Positions 10,147 to 18,930 of a stretch of 64,000 nucleotides of DNA are shown here, in pieces. The notes beneath the pieces are model-generated. The model had not been told where the DNA came from, did not search any database, and saw only the letters and a list, made by a program, of their open reading frames with translations. Source of the DNA: Candidatus Latescibacterota bacterium. Lineage in GTDB: Bacteria > Latescibacterota > UBA2968 > UBA8231. Positions within the stretch are counted from its first letter, which is position 1; every line of letters starts with the position of its first letter. The DNA lies in NCBI GenBank assembly GCA_965203355.1, contig OZ241889.1:3072001-3136000 (forward strand), in the 5' to 3' direction. Both the position numbers and the translations under genes were made by a program.

Positions 10147-10548
10147 ATGCCGACCTTACGGATGCCCAACATCAACCAAGTCGCCCTCAGCGGCCGCTTG
10201 GTGCAAGACCCTGACTTTCGCTTCATGGACAACGGCGCCGCGCGCTTGCGGGGGCGGGTTGCCGTCAACCGCTCCTATCGCGACCGCAATCAAGAATGGC
10301 AAGAGGAGACCTCCTTCTTCGACATCGTGCTCTGGCAGAAAGCCGCCGAGACCTTGGCCAAACGCCTGCACAAAGGCACGCCGGTCTTTATCACCGGCCG
10401 CCTGCAAAGCCACTCTTGGCGCGACAGCGACGACCAGCCCCGCTTTCGCGTCCAAGTGCAAGTGCGCAATCTGCAAGTTCTAGAAAGAGATGCAGAAGAC
10501 ATACAGGAGGAAAACGCGCAGCAAGAAACCGCCCTCCAAGCGGCTTGA
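10147..10548 (+). CDS. ssb: Single-stranded DNA-binding protein (short, no DDDIPF tail)
   Basis: NQVALSGRLVQDP...KGTPVFITGRLQSHSW OB fold; AGGAGG RBS. Confidence 0.9.
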   Translation: MPTLRMPNINQVALSGRLVQDPDFRFMDNGAARLRGRVAVNRSYRDRNQEWQEETSFFDIVLWQKAAETLAKRLHKGTPVFITGRLQSHSWRDSDDQPRFRVQVQVRNLQVLERDAEDIQEENAQQETALQAA

Positions 10549-10617
10549 GCAAGGAATGTGCGCGGGCCAGCGGGTGCAGTCGGCGGACGAACGAGACGCG
10601 CCACGCTCGGCCCGCGC

Positions 10618-11799
10618 TTATTCCACTCGCTCAAAGAGCGCGGCAATGCCCATCCCCCCGCCAATGCACAGCGCGGCTATACCCAGCCTGACGCTGTGGT
10701 GCCGCATCTGGTGCAAAAGCGTGGTGGCAATGCGCGCACCGCTGGCGCCAACGGCGTGGCCGATGGCAATGGCTCCGCCTTGGACGTTGACCTTATCCCA
10801 GTCCCAATCCAGTTCCCGCCCCACGGCCAAGCTCTGAGCGGCAAAGGCTTCGTTTAGCTCAATCCGCCCCACGTCTTCGAGCCGAGTCCCAGTCTGGGCC
10901 AATAGTTTGCGGATCGCGGGGACCGGGCCGATGCCCATAATACGCGGATCGACGCCAGCACTCGCCGTGCCCCGGAGGTAGGCCAGCGGCACCAGCCCGC
11001 GCGCCTTAGCCCCTTCTTCGGTCATCAACAGCAGTGCGGCGGCCCCATCGTTGATGCCCGAAGCATTGCCGGCGGTCACAGTCCCCTCTTTCTTGAATGC
11101 CGGTTTGAGCTGACTTAGCTGCTCAACCGTAGTCCCGGGGCGCGGATGCTCATCGGCTGCAAAGACGGTCTCTTCGCCTTTTTGCGCGATGGAGATGGGC
11201 ACAATCTGGCCGGCAAATGCCTGCTCCTCTTGGGCGCTAGCCCACCGCTGTTGGCTCTGCGCGGCGAATTGGTCCTGCGCGGCGCGGGTAATCCCGTATT
11301 CTGCGGCCAAATTTTCGGCTGTAATCCCCATGTGGCAGTCGTAAAAACAATCCCACAACCCATCGAGCAATAGCATGTCCTCAACTTGGCCGTGCCCTAG
11401 TCGCTGCCCCCAGCGCCCGCCGGGTAGGACATAGGGTGCTTGGCTCATGTTCTCCATGCCCCCGGCCAGCACCACCTCGGCCGCTCCGACCCGCAGGCTC
11501 TGGGCGGCCAACCCGATGGCCTTTAGCCCCGAGCCACAGAGCTTATTAACCGTCATCGACGGCACCTCGTACGGCAGCCCGGCCGCGATGGTCGCTTGGC
11601 GCGCCGGATTGGCCCCGGCCCCGCCCTGATACACCATGCCCATCAGTACTTCATCTACTTCGCGCATTTCCACTTGGCACTCTGCCAAGGCCGCGGCGAG
11701 CACCTTGCCGCCCAATTCCGCCGCCGGCACGTCTTGCAGCGCACCGCCAAAGCGGGCCGTGGCCGTGCGCCGAGCGCTGACTACAACTGGATCTGCCAT
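10618..11799 (-). CDS. Acetyl-CoA C-acetyltransferase (thiolase)
   Basis: [29 protein letters not shown]. Confidence 0.95.
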   Translation of the reverse strand: MADPVVVSARRTATARFGGALQDVPAAELGGKVLAAALAECQVEMREVDEVLMGMVYQGGAGANPARQATIAAGLPYEVPSMTVNKLCGSGLKAIGLAAQSLRVGAAEVVLAGGMENMSQAPYVLPGGRWGQRLGHGQVEDMLLLDGLWDCFYDCHMGITAENLAAEYGITRAAQDQFAAQSQQRWASAQEEQAFAGQIVPISIAQKGEETVFAADEHPRPGTTVEQLSQLKPAFKKEGTVTAGNASGINDGAAALLLMTEEGAKARGLVPLAYLRGTASAGVDPRIMGIGPVPAIRKLLAQTGTRLEDVGRIELNEAFAAQSLAVGRELDWDWDKVNVQGGAIAIGHAVGASGARIATTLLHQMRHHSVRLGIAALCIGGGMGIAALFERVE

Positions 11800-11873
11800 G
11801 TTTTACCTTTCGCTTCTGCGCGGTCGCGTTGACGCGGGGTAGTCGCTAATTTAACTTTTTGTCCACCGGCTAT

Positions 11874-11949
11874 GGGGCTGTAGCTCAGTTGGGAGAGCGC
11901 GGGCTTTGCAAGCCTGAGGTCGTCGGTTCGATCCCGATCAGCTCCACCA
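11874..11949 (+). tRNA. tRNA-Ala(TGC)
   Basis: GGGGCTGTAGCTCAGTTGGGAGAGCG...TTTGCAA...GGTTCGATCCC...CAGCTCCACCA, 76 nt; upstream TTGACG-N17-TAACTT promoter. Confidence 0.97.
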
Positions 11950-12217
11950 TACATCGCGGCGCATACGGGTTGGACATCAATCAGTTTGGCCCGTATGCGA
12001 CAGTTCTGCCACTTTATCTCTGCTTCCATTTCCGCCCTCAGCCCTGCCCATGCCGTCGTACCTGTCGAGCCTATGGCCGGATTTTTACAAAACGTACACC
12101 TTGTTCAGCTTAAAGGCGAGAGATTTTCACTTTCCCGCTTCGCACTTTCTATTATAGAGGAACGCGACCCGATCCGCCGGGAGACGCCTGCCCTGCCCAT
12201 TACCTGAGCCGAAAGGA

Positions 12218-12994
12218 TTGACCATGCTCTACGGCCTGCTCTTCGTCCTCGCCCTCGCTGGCTCTGCCAGCACCCAAGAGATCACCCGCTTCCAAGCGCC
12301 ACCTGATGAGCTACCTACCTACCAAGTCCTCCGCACCGACCGGGGAATCCAAGTCGATGGTCGCTTAGACGAGGCCGACTGGCAAAACGCCGCGCCCATC
12401 GCCTTTGTCATGCCTTGGAGCGACCCCAAAAAAGCAGAACCGCAATCCACGACGGCCCGCTTGCTGTGGGACGACGACAACCTCTACATCATCTACGAAT
12501 GCGTCGATCCGTATCTCCATTCAGCCGTAACCGAACACGACGGAGCGGTGTACCAAGAGGACGCCGTCGAGATTTTCGCCGCGCCCAACCCGGCGACCCC
12601 CGGCAACTACTACGGCTATGAGATGAACATCAACGGCACGCTGCTCGACTACATCGCCTTCGGCGGCGGCCAGCAACGCACCAAGGCCATTCATCCAGCC
12701 TGGCAGAGCGAGGGCGTGGTCATTGCCACGACCTACGACGGCACCCTCAACGACCACGCGGACACCGACCAAAGCTGGATTCTCGAAATCGCCATCCCCC
12801 ACGACAATTTCCGCCATTTGGGCGGGCCGATCCCACCCCAAGACGGCGACCAATGGCGCGCCGGGCTAAACCGCACTAAGGGCTATCAAGGCCAATTTGG
12901 CCTGTGGTCTGACACCGGCACCCCTACAGCCGACTTCCACCGCGCCAACCGATTCGGCATCCTCACCTTCTCGGCCGCTGTCGTCGGCCGCTAA
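12218..12994 (+). CDS. Secreted carbohydrate-binding family 9-like protein
   Basis: Signal peptide; VDGRLDEADW, LWDDDNLYI, DAVEIF, WILEIAIP. Confidence 0.8.
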   Translation: MTMLYGLLFVLALAGSASTQEITRFQAPPDELPTYQVLRTDRGIQVDGRLDEADWQNAAPIAFVMPWSDPKKAEPQSTTARLLWDDDNLYIIYECVDPYLHSAVTEHDGAVYQEDAVEIFAAPNPATPGNYYGYEMNINGTLLDYIAFGGGQQRTKAIHPAWQSEGVVIATTYDGTLNDHADTDQSWILEIAIPHDNFRHLGGPIPPQDGDQWRAGLNRTKGYQGQFGLWSDTGTPTADFHRANRFGILTFSAAVVGR

Positions 12995-13018
12995 AACGCG
13001 GAGAAGGCCGCTTTTTCT

Positions 13019-15196
13019 ATGGTTGCACGACACATGCGACAAATGCTCGCCCGCCTAGGGGCTTGGGCTGTGCGGCTCAAAAGCAGGCGGCACAAAAGGC
13101 AACGGCTGTGGCTGCGCCTGTTGGGCTTTTACCTCGCCTTGGGGTTGGTGCCCTTGTTGCTGGTCGAGCTCGTTGTGTTGAACACGGTCCACGACACCAT
13201 AGGAGAAGCCGTGATGGACAGCCGCCGCGAAATGGCGCACCGCACGGCCGAGGAAATCGTCCACATCTTTTCTCCCATCGTCTCCGACCTAGAATACCTC
13301 GCCAAGCCGCAGTATTGGCGCCATTTCCAAAACCAAATACAGGCCGCTGCCCGGCCCGCCGCCGACAGCCTATACGCTGCCCTGATCAAAGAATTCAAAG
13401 ACGGAGCTAGGGAGATAGAGGGGCTTTACTTAGCGGACACCCAAAACCAAATACAGGCCGCCAACACATCGGTTGCCCTGCCGACTTCCTACGACTGGGA
13501 AGCAACGTGGAAAAAATTGGCCGCCGACAGCCTATACGTTGCCCTGATCGAAGAATTCAAAGAGCTGCCCAAGTTGTTTGTCGCGCTGCCGGTGGCACGG
13601 GACGGCCAGCCGCGCCAACAAGCCCTAATCGCGCGTCTCGACTTTCACCGGGTCTGGCAAAAAATAAATCTCGCCCGCATCGGCAGAACCGGCTACGCAA
13701 CCTTGCTCTACGCCGCGGATGGACGTTACCTAGCACGGCCTACGCGCCAGGCCTTCTACACGTGGAACCACCACCCGCACATAGAGGCCATGCGCGGGAC
13801 CGCGGGGAACCTCTTGTGGCGCGATGTGGCGGGCACCGAGTGGATCACCGGGTTTGCTCGCGTGCGCAACTGGGACTGGATCGTCGCTATTGAACAACAC
13901 GCCGCCGAGGCCTACGCCCCGTACACGATCGTGCTGTACTCCCTCTACGCGATCGTCGCGCTGTCGGCCTTGGCGGCGTTGCTGCTGGGGGTGCTGACGC
14001 GGAACGCGGTCGTCGCGCCCCTCGTCTTACTTACGCACGCCGTGCGTCGCCGCCGCGATGGCTACCCCCTCATAGGCATCCCAACCGAGCGCCGCGACGA
14101 AATCGGCCAACTAGCCGCGGCCTTTGCCGAGATGGACCACGCGCTGACCGCCCGCCAGCGCGACTTGGAAAGCACTTTGGACTTGCAGCATCATTTGCTC
14201 GAAGACAATCCCCTCGCCATTGCCTTGCTCGACGCCGAGTACCGCATCGCACACGGCAACAAGGCGTGGGCCAGTTTGCAGCTACCACCCACTGACGCCT
14301 TGGCAGCGACCCCGGCCGGTGCCCAGCTACGCGCTTGGCTCGCAGCCCACCCGATGGTGCAAGAGGCCGACAATATACTCATCGAAGACGCCGAAGGCCG
14401 CGCACACTACTGGAACCTACACAAGGCCGAGTTGAGCCATGGCCATCGCGGCAAGATCTTGCTCGTGATCGAAGATCAGACTCAGCAGCACTTGCTCGAG
14501 CTACACTACATGCAGGCCGAAAAACTATCGGCGCTCGGCGAGGTGGCCGCTGGCGTCGCGCACGAAATCAAAAACCCCCTCGCCATTGTGCAGAACACCT
14601 GCGACCTGCTGCCTCGCTTAGGCCCCAAAGAAGAAGAGGAACGCGACGAGGTCTTGCACATGATGCGCGAGGCCATCCGCCGCATAGACGAGCGCGTCGG
14701 CAGCCTGCTCGACTTTGCGCGGCCGGCCCAGCACTTAGTGGAGCCAATAGACGCCGCCGAGGTGCTGGGGCAGTTGCTCGACTTGGAGACCAAACAAGCC
14801 GAACACCTCGGCATCTCGATCGAGCGCCAGTTTGAGCCGGTGCCCTCGGTGCTCATAAACCGCGACATGCTCAAGGACATCTACCTCAACATCATCCGCA
14901 ACGCCTTCCAGGCCATGCCCCAAGGCGGCGGCTTGCGGGTGAGCGTCCGCCCGGTGCAGAAAGGCGTCGCCATAAAAATCTGCGACACCGGCACCGGCAT
15001 TGCCCCAGAACAAATCCCCCGCATATTTGAGCCGTTCTTTTCCACCAAAGCTCCGGGGGAAGGCACGGGCTTGGGGCTGGCCATCGCCCAGCGTCAGTTG
15101 CAAGAAATCGGCGGCCACATAGAGGTGACAAGCCGCGTTGGCAAAGGCACTTGCTTCGCGCTCTTGCTGCCTTGCAATAATAAAGAGGAAGCATAG
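13019..15196 (+). CDS. Sensor histidine kinase (Cache-like periplasmic domain, HAMP, PAS-like, HisKA, HATPase)
   Basis: Two TMs, RRDEIGQLA (HAMP), AHEIKNPL, DTGTGI, FEPFFSTK, GTGLGL. Confidence 0.93.
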   Translation: MVARHMRQMLARLGAWAVRLKSRRHKRQRLWLRLLGFYLALGLVPLLLVELVVLNTVHDTIGEAVMDSRREMAHRTAEEIVHIFSPIVSDLEYLAKPQYWRHFQNQIQAAARPAADSLYAALIKEFKDGAREIEGLYLADTQNQIQAANTSVALPTSYDWEATWKKLAADSLYVALIEEFKELPKLFVALPVARDGQPRQQALIARLDFHRVWQKINLARIGRTGYATLLYAADGRYLARPTRQAFYTWNHHPHIEAMRGTAGNLLWRDVAGTEWITGFARVRNWDWIVAIEQHAAEAYAPYTIVLYSLYAIVALSALAALLLGVLTRNAVVAPLVLLTHAVRRRRDGYPLIGIPTERRDEIGQLAAAFAEMDHALTARQRDLESTLDLQHHLLEDNPLAIALLDAEYRIAHGNKAWASLQLPPTDALAATPAGAQLRAWLAAHPMVQEADNILIEDAEGRAHYWNLHKAELSHGHRGKILLVIEDQTQQHLLELHYMQAEKLSALGEVAAGVAHEIKNPLAIVQNTCDLLPRLGPKEEEERDEVLHMMREAIRRIDERVGSLLDFARPAQHLVEPIDAAEVLGQLLDLETKQAEHLGISIERQFEPVPSVLINRDMLKDIYLNIIRNAFQAMPQGGGLRVSVRPVQKGVAIKICDTGTGIAPEQIPRIFEPFFSTKAPGEGTGLGLAIAQRQLQEIGGHIEVTSRVGKGTCFALLLPCNNKEEA

Positions 15197-15198
15197 CC

Positions 15199-16602
15199 AT
15201 GGTCCGATACGACGGCAAAATACTCATGATCGACGACGAGCAGGCCCTACTGAAGCTGTCGAGCAGCATCTTGCGGCGCGAGGGATTTTTCGTGGAAACC
15301 CGCTCGGACGCACGCGAAGCACTCGCGCTCCTGCGCGACGAGTCCTTCGACATCATCCTGCTCGACTTGCAGATGCCCGGGATGAGCGGCCTCGAATTTC
15401 TGCGGCAATTCAACGTGCGCGAGCGGCCCGAGGAAGTGCTCATCTTGACGGCCCATGCGGATGTCCAAAGCGCGGTAGAGACCGTCAAGCTGGGCGCGTA
15501 TGGATATTTGGCCAAGCCTTTTAACGCCGAAGAAATCCTCAGTCACCTCAACAACATCCGCGAGCTACAAAAGCTCCGGGCCGAAAATGAACGCCTGCGC
15601 CAAGCACAGGACGAGGGGTTGGGCATGGTCGGCCAGACCGAGCAAATGCGGCAAATCTCCCGCCTGGTGCAAGACGTGGCCTCCACCCCCCTGCCGGTGC
15701 TCATCTGCGGCGAGAGCGGCACCGGCAAGGAACTGGTCGCCGCGGCCATCCACCGGGCCAGCGACCGCGCGGCCAGCCCTTTTGTGCGTTGCAACTGTGC
15801 GGCCTTGAACGCGGGCGTGCTAGAAAGCGAGTTATTCGGGCATGTAAAAGGCGCTTTCACCGGCGCGGTGCGCGACCGCAAAGGACGCTTTACCGAGGCC
15901 GATGGCGGCACCCTGTTCCTCGACGAAATCGGCGACATGGACGTCGAGTTGCAAACTCGGCTGTTGCGCGTGTTGCAGGAAGGGGAATTCGAGATGGTGG
16001 GATCGACCGAGACCCGCACGGTCGATGTGCGCGTCCTGTCGGCGACCCACCACAACTTGACGCAGGCCGTGGCCGAGGGCCGGTTCCGCGAGGATTTGTT
16101 CTACCGCCTCAACGCGGTCACCATTGAGGTGCCGCCGCTGCGCCAGCGCAAGGCCGACATTCCCTTGTTTTGCCACTTTTTCATCGACCGCCTAAACGAC
16201 CGCTTCGACAAACAGATACAAGGGGTCAGCAAAGAAGCGCTAGCGTATCTCGAAGCCTATGACTGGCCGGGCAATGTGCGCGAGATGGAGAACGCGATCA
16301 TGCGCGCCATAGCCCTGGCCAAGGGACCGGCAATCGAGGTGGATGATCTGCCGACGACTATCGTAGAGAACGCGCCCCGGCGGAACGAGCCAGCAGCAGA
16401 GGAAGCGGCCGAGCCGCCCGACTCGCTCTTCCACGCGGCACGTGAGCACTTTGAGGAGCAGTTCATCCGCGACGCCCTAGCGAAAACCGGCGGCAATATC
16501 AGCCAAGCGGCTCAGCAGATCCAGTTGGGGCGGCGCAATTTACAGCGCAAGATCAAGCAGTTCAACATCGACGTGAGCCAATACAGCCACCGGCCTGAAT
16601 AG
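15199..16602 (+). CDS. Sigma54-dependent response regulator (NtrC/AtoC family)
   Basis: REC domain, GESGTGKE, GAFTGA, FLDEIG, WPGNVRE, Fis-type HTH. Confidence 0.96.
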   Translation: MVRYDGKILMIDDEQALLKLSSSILRREGFFVETRSDAREALALLRDESFDIILLDLQMPGMSGLEFLRQFNVRERPEEVLILTAHADVQSAVETVKLGAYGYLAKPFNAEEILSHLNNIRELQKLRAENERLRQAQDEGLGMVGQTEQMRQISRLVQDVASTPLPVLICGESGTGKELVAAAIHRASDRAASPFVRCNCAALNAGVLESELFGHVKGAFTGAVRDRKGRFTEADGGTLFLDEIGDMDVELQTRLLRVLQEGEFEMVGSTETRTVDVRVLSATHHNLTQAVAEGRFREDLFYRLNAVTIEVPPLRQRKADIPLFCHFFIDRLNDRFDKQIQGVSKEALAYLEAYDWPGNVREMENAIMRAIALAKGPAIEVDDLPTTIVENAPRRNEPAAEEAAEPPDSLFHAAREHFEEQFIRDALAKTGGNISQAAQQIQLGRRNLQRKIKQFNIDVSQYSHRPE

Positions 16603-16680
16603 GAAGTGGCCATGTTGGAAATTCACAATCTATGATAAAAAACGGGCAGCCCAGCACCTATGCCGACCGCACCGACGAGG

Positions 16681-16914
16681 TTACGAAGGCCAGAACCGCA
16701 AAATGATATTGAGTAGTGCTAAACCAGTAGATACGGCGATGAACAAAGTCCGAACACTGCCTTTGAGGTTGGCAATTTCGGCTTTCAGGTTTCCCTCGGA
16801 TCGGGCGATTTCAGCCTTCACTTCGCCAATCTCGGCCTTCGTCGCTAGATGATCGTAAACGCCTTCCAGCCTAGCCAGACGCTCTTCGGGAGTTAGAGGT
16901 GAGGTATTCGCCAT
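16681..16914 (-). CDS. Small coiled-coil protein with C-terminal TM (DUF1640-like), copy 1
   Basis: LATKAEIGEVKAEI heptads, hydrophobic C-terminus, AAGGAG RBS. Confidence 0.7.
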   Translation of the reverse strand: MANTSPLTPEERLARLEGVYDHLATKAEIGEVKAEIARSEGNLKAEIANLKGSVRTLFIAVSTGLALLNIILRFWPS

Positions 16915-17006
16915 GTCAATTCTCCTTTCATTAACAAGGTATTGAACGGCATAGAGCCGTCAACAGAAGTGCCGACATTCTCACCCGCTCCACACCAACG
17001 AACCCA

Positions 17007-17206
17007 TGCGATGATTAGTCGCACCAACGCGATGATTAGACGCACTTGTGCGACATATCATCGCACTTTCATGGGGTCAAGCGGTCGCAACAAACGTCTC
17101 GACAAAGATTCTCGTTAATTTTACAATCCCTTATATAACAGATGGTTAGATCGATTTTATCGACCTGTTTGCCAGCCGCTGGCCCACGACAGGCACGATA
17201 ATTGCA
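17007..17206 (+). promoter_or_regulatory. Enhancer (3x TGCGA-N7-TCGCA-like) + IHF-like site + sigma54 promoter, copy 1
   Basis: Palindromes at 17007, 17028, 17049; AGGCACGATAATTGCA at 17191-17206. Confidence 0.85.
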
Positions 17207-17241
17207 TATATATACGCAGAGACCGACAGAGGACGGAAAGA

Positions 17242-18039
17242 ATGCAGATGAAAACGCACGCAGTGCGCACCCTGTGCTTGACCTTTGCCGCCGCTTGGCT
17301 GTACTGCCCCGGCAAAGGAGTCGCCGAGACCAAAAGCCAATACGGCGGCTTTTCGCACGACAACCTTCAGGTCTTCTACGACTACATTCACGACCAAGAG
17401 ATGATGACGGTCGAGGCCGGACCCCAACTGCGGCAAGCCGTAGAGGCCGTACCTATGGACCGGGATACAGCTATTACCCCCCCGCAAGAAGCCGGGCTAC
17501 GCGACTGGCTCTACGACTTCTTGGTCGCCTTTTCAGTTTCGGGCAACGATAGTCTAGCCGCTACCTTCTATCTACGGGAGAAAATTAAAAACCCGGATCT
17601 AAAGAGCGACATTCCAACACTATTTGAAACGTTCAAAGCCGTACATCAGACAACACTCGCCCAACTAGACCGCGACTACTTTTTTGCAAACGTATCTTTC
17701 TTCGATAGCCAGTTCAGGATATTCACCATGCAGGAACAGTACGATAGCTATCGGTCCTACGCCCGAACCCAAGGTATGCTGCCCCAGGGCCAAAACGCTA
17801 TCATAATCCCATTGCACGAAGAAATCGAAACGCGCCTAGCCGAAGGCGAGCAGATGGTCTTCGCCGACATCATGTTCATCGTCGAAGAGCCAGCGGAATT
17901 CGCCCCATTTGAGGCGGAGAGGCCAAGACGAACCCCGTCCTTTTTCCGGCTGGTGTGGGACCCACAGTGGGCCGTGTGGCGACACGTAGAAGCCTTTTTC
18001 AGTATTGGCGTACCACAATTGTTTCTATTTGGCATGTAA
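17242..18039 (+). CDS. Secreted hypothetical protein, paralog A
   Basis: Signal peptide; YGGFS, LRDWLYDFLVAFS, FIVEEP, FFRLVWDP, WRHVE shared with 27154, 30553, 31490. Confidence 0.8.
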   Translation: MQMKTHAVRTLCLTFAAAWLYCPGKGVAETKSQYGGFSHDNLQVFYDYIHDQEMMTVEAGPQLRQAVEAVPMDRDTAITPPQEAGLRDWLYDFLVAFSVSGNDSLAATFYLREKIKNPDLKSDIPTLFETFKAVHQTTLAQLDRDYFFANVSFFDSQFRIFTMQEQYDSYRSYARTQGMLPQGQNAIIIPLHEEIETRLAEGEQMVFADIMFIVEEPAEFAPFEAERPRRTPSFFRLVWDPQWAVWRHVEAFFSIGVPQLFLFGM

Positions 18040-18164
18040 AGCCTTTACACCTGAGATCGCCGCTGAGTGGACGCAACCCACCTTTAAGCTAACGCTAAAA
18101 GGCCCTAGTCGTCTGAACGGCCGCAGCTTGCCCAGTTCGGCATGACTAACTCAACAGATTCTTG

Positions 18165-18308
18165 CTTCCACTCCCCGGCCGGTGCTCATCTGCGGCGATA
18201 GCGGCACCGGCAAGGACTGGTCGCCGCAGCCATCCCCCGCGCCAGCGACCGCACGGCCGACCCCTTGGCGCGTTGCAACTGCGCGGGTGTGCGACCGCAA
18301 GGGGCCGT
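18165..18308 (+). pseudogene. Degenerate fragment of the sigma54 activator AAA+ region
   Basis: ccggtgctcatctgcggcgatagcggcaccggcaagga...gttgcaactg...gcgaccgcaa matches about 15690-15885 with indels. Confidence 0.75.
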
Positions 18309-18334
18309 CTAATTGCAAACCCGCACCGGCGAGG

Positions 18335-18589
18335 TTACGAAGGCCAGAACCGCAAAATGATATTGAGTAGTGCTAAACCAGTAGATACGGCGATGAGCAA
18401 AGTCCGAACACTGCCTTTGAGGTTGGCGATTTCGGCTTTCAGGTCGCCCTCGGATCGGGCGATTTCGGCCTTCACTTCGCCAATATGAGCCTTCACTTCG
18501 CCAATATGAGCCTGCGTCGCTAGATGATCGTAAACGCCTTCCAGCCTAGCCAGACGCTCTTCGGGAGTTAGAGGTGAGGTATTCGCCAT
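18335..18589 (-). CDS. Small coiled-coil protein (DUF1640-like), copy 2 with one extra heptad
   Basis: Near-identical to 16681-16914; AHIGEVK present twice. Confidence 0.7.
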   Translation of the reverse strand: MANTSPLTPEERLARLEGVYDHLATQAHIGEVKAHIGEVKAEIARSEGDLKAEIANLKGSVRTLLIAVSTGLALLNIILRFWPS

Positions 18590-18681
18590 GTCAATTCTCC
18601 TTTCATTAACAAGGTATTGAACGGCATAGACCCGTCAAAAGAAGCACCGGCATTCTCACCCGCTCCACACCAACAAACCCA

Positions 18682-18881
18682 TGCGATGATTAGTCGCACC
18701 AACGCGATGATTAGACGCACTTGTGCGACATATCATCGCACTTTCATGGGGTCAAGCGGTCGCAACAAACGTCTCGACAAAGATTCTCGTTAGTTTTACA
18801 ATCCCTTATATAACAGATAGTTAGATCGATTTTATCGACCTGTTTGCCAACCGTTGGCCCACAACAGGCACGATAATTGCA
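18682..18881 (+). promoter_or_regulatory. Enhancer + sigma54 promoter, copy 2
   Basis: Palindromes at 18682, 18703, 18724; AGGCACGATAATTGCA at 18866-18881. Confidence 0.85.
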
Positions 18882-18930
18882 AGTAGTGCTAGCAACAATA
18901 CCCTGCACCCCTTGGTGAAAGCAGAACGCC

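Noticed and set aside
11874-11949. tRNA-Ala as integration site of the 13-40 kb cluster
   Set aside because: No integrase and no duplicated tRNA 3' end noticed downstream.
17007-17065. 21-bp periodic repeats as a mini-CRISPR
   Set aside because: Gaps are only 4-5 bp, there are no cas genes, and the position upstream of sigma54 promoters fits an enhancer.
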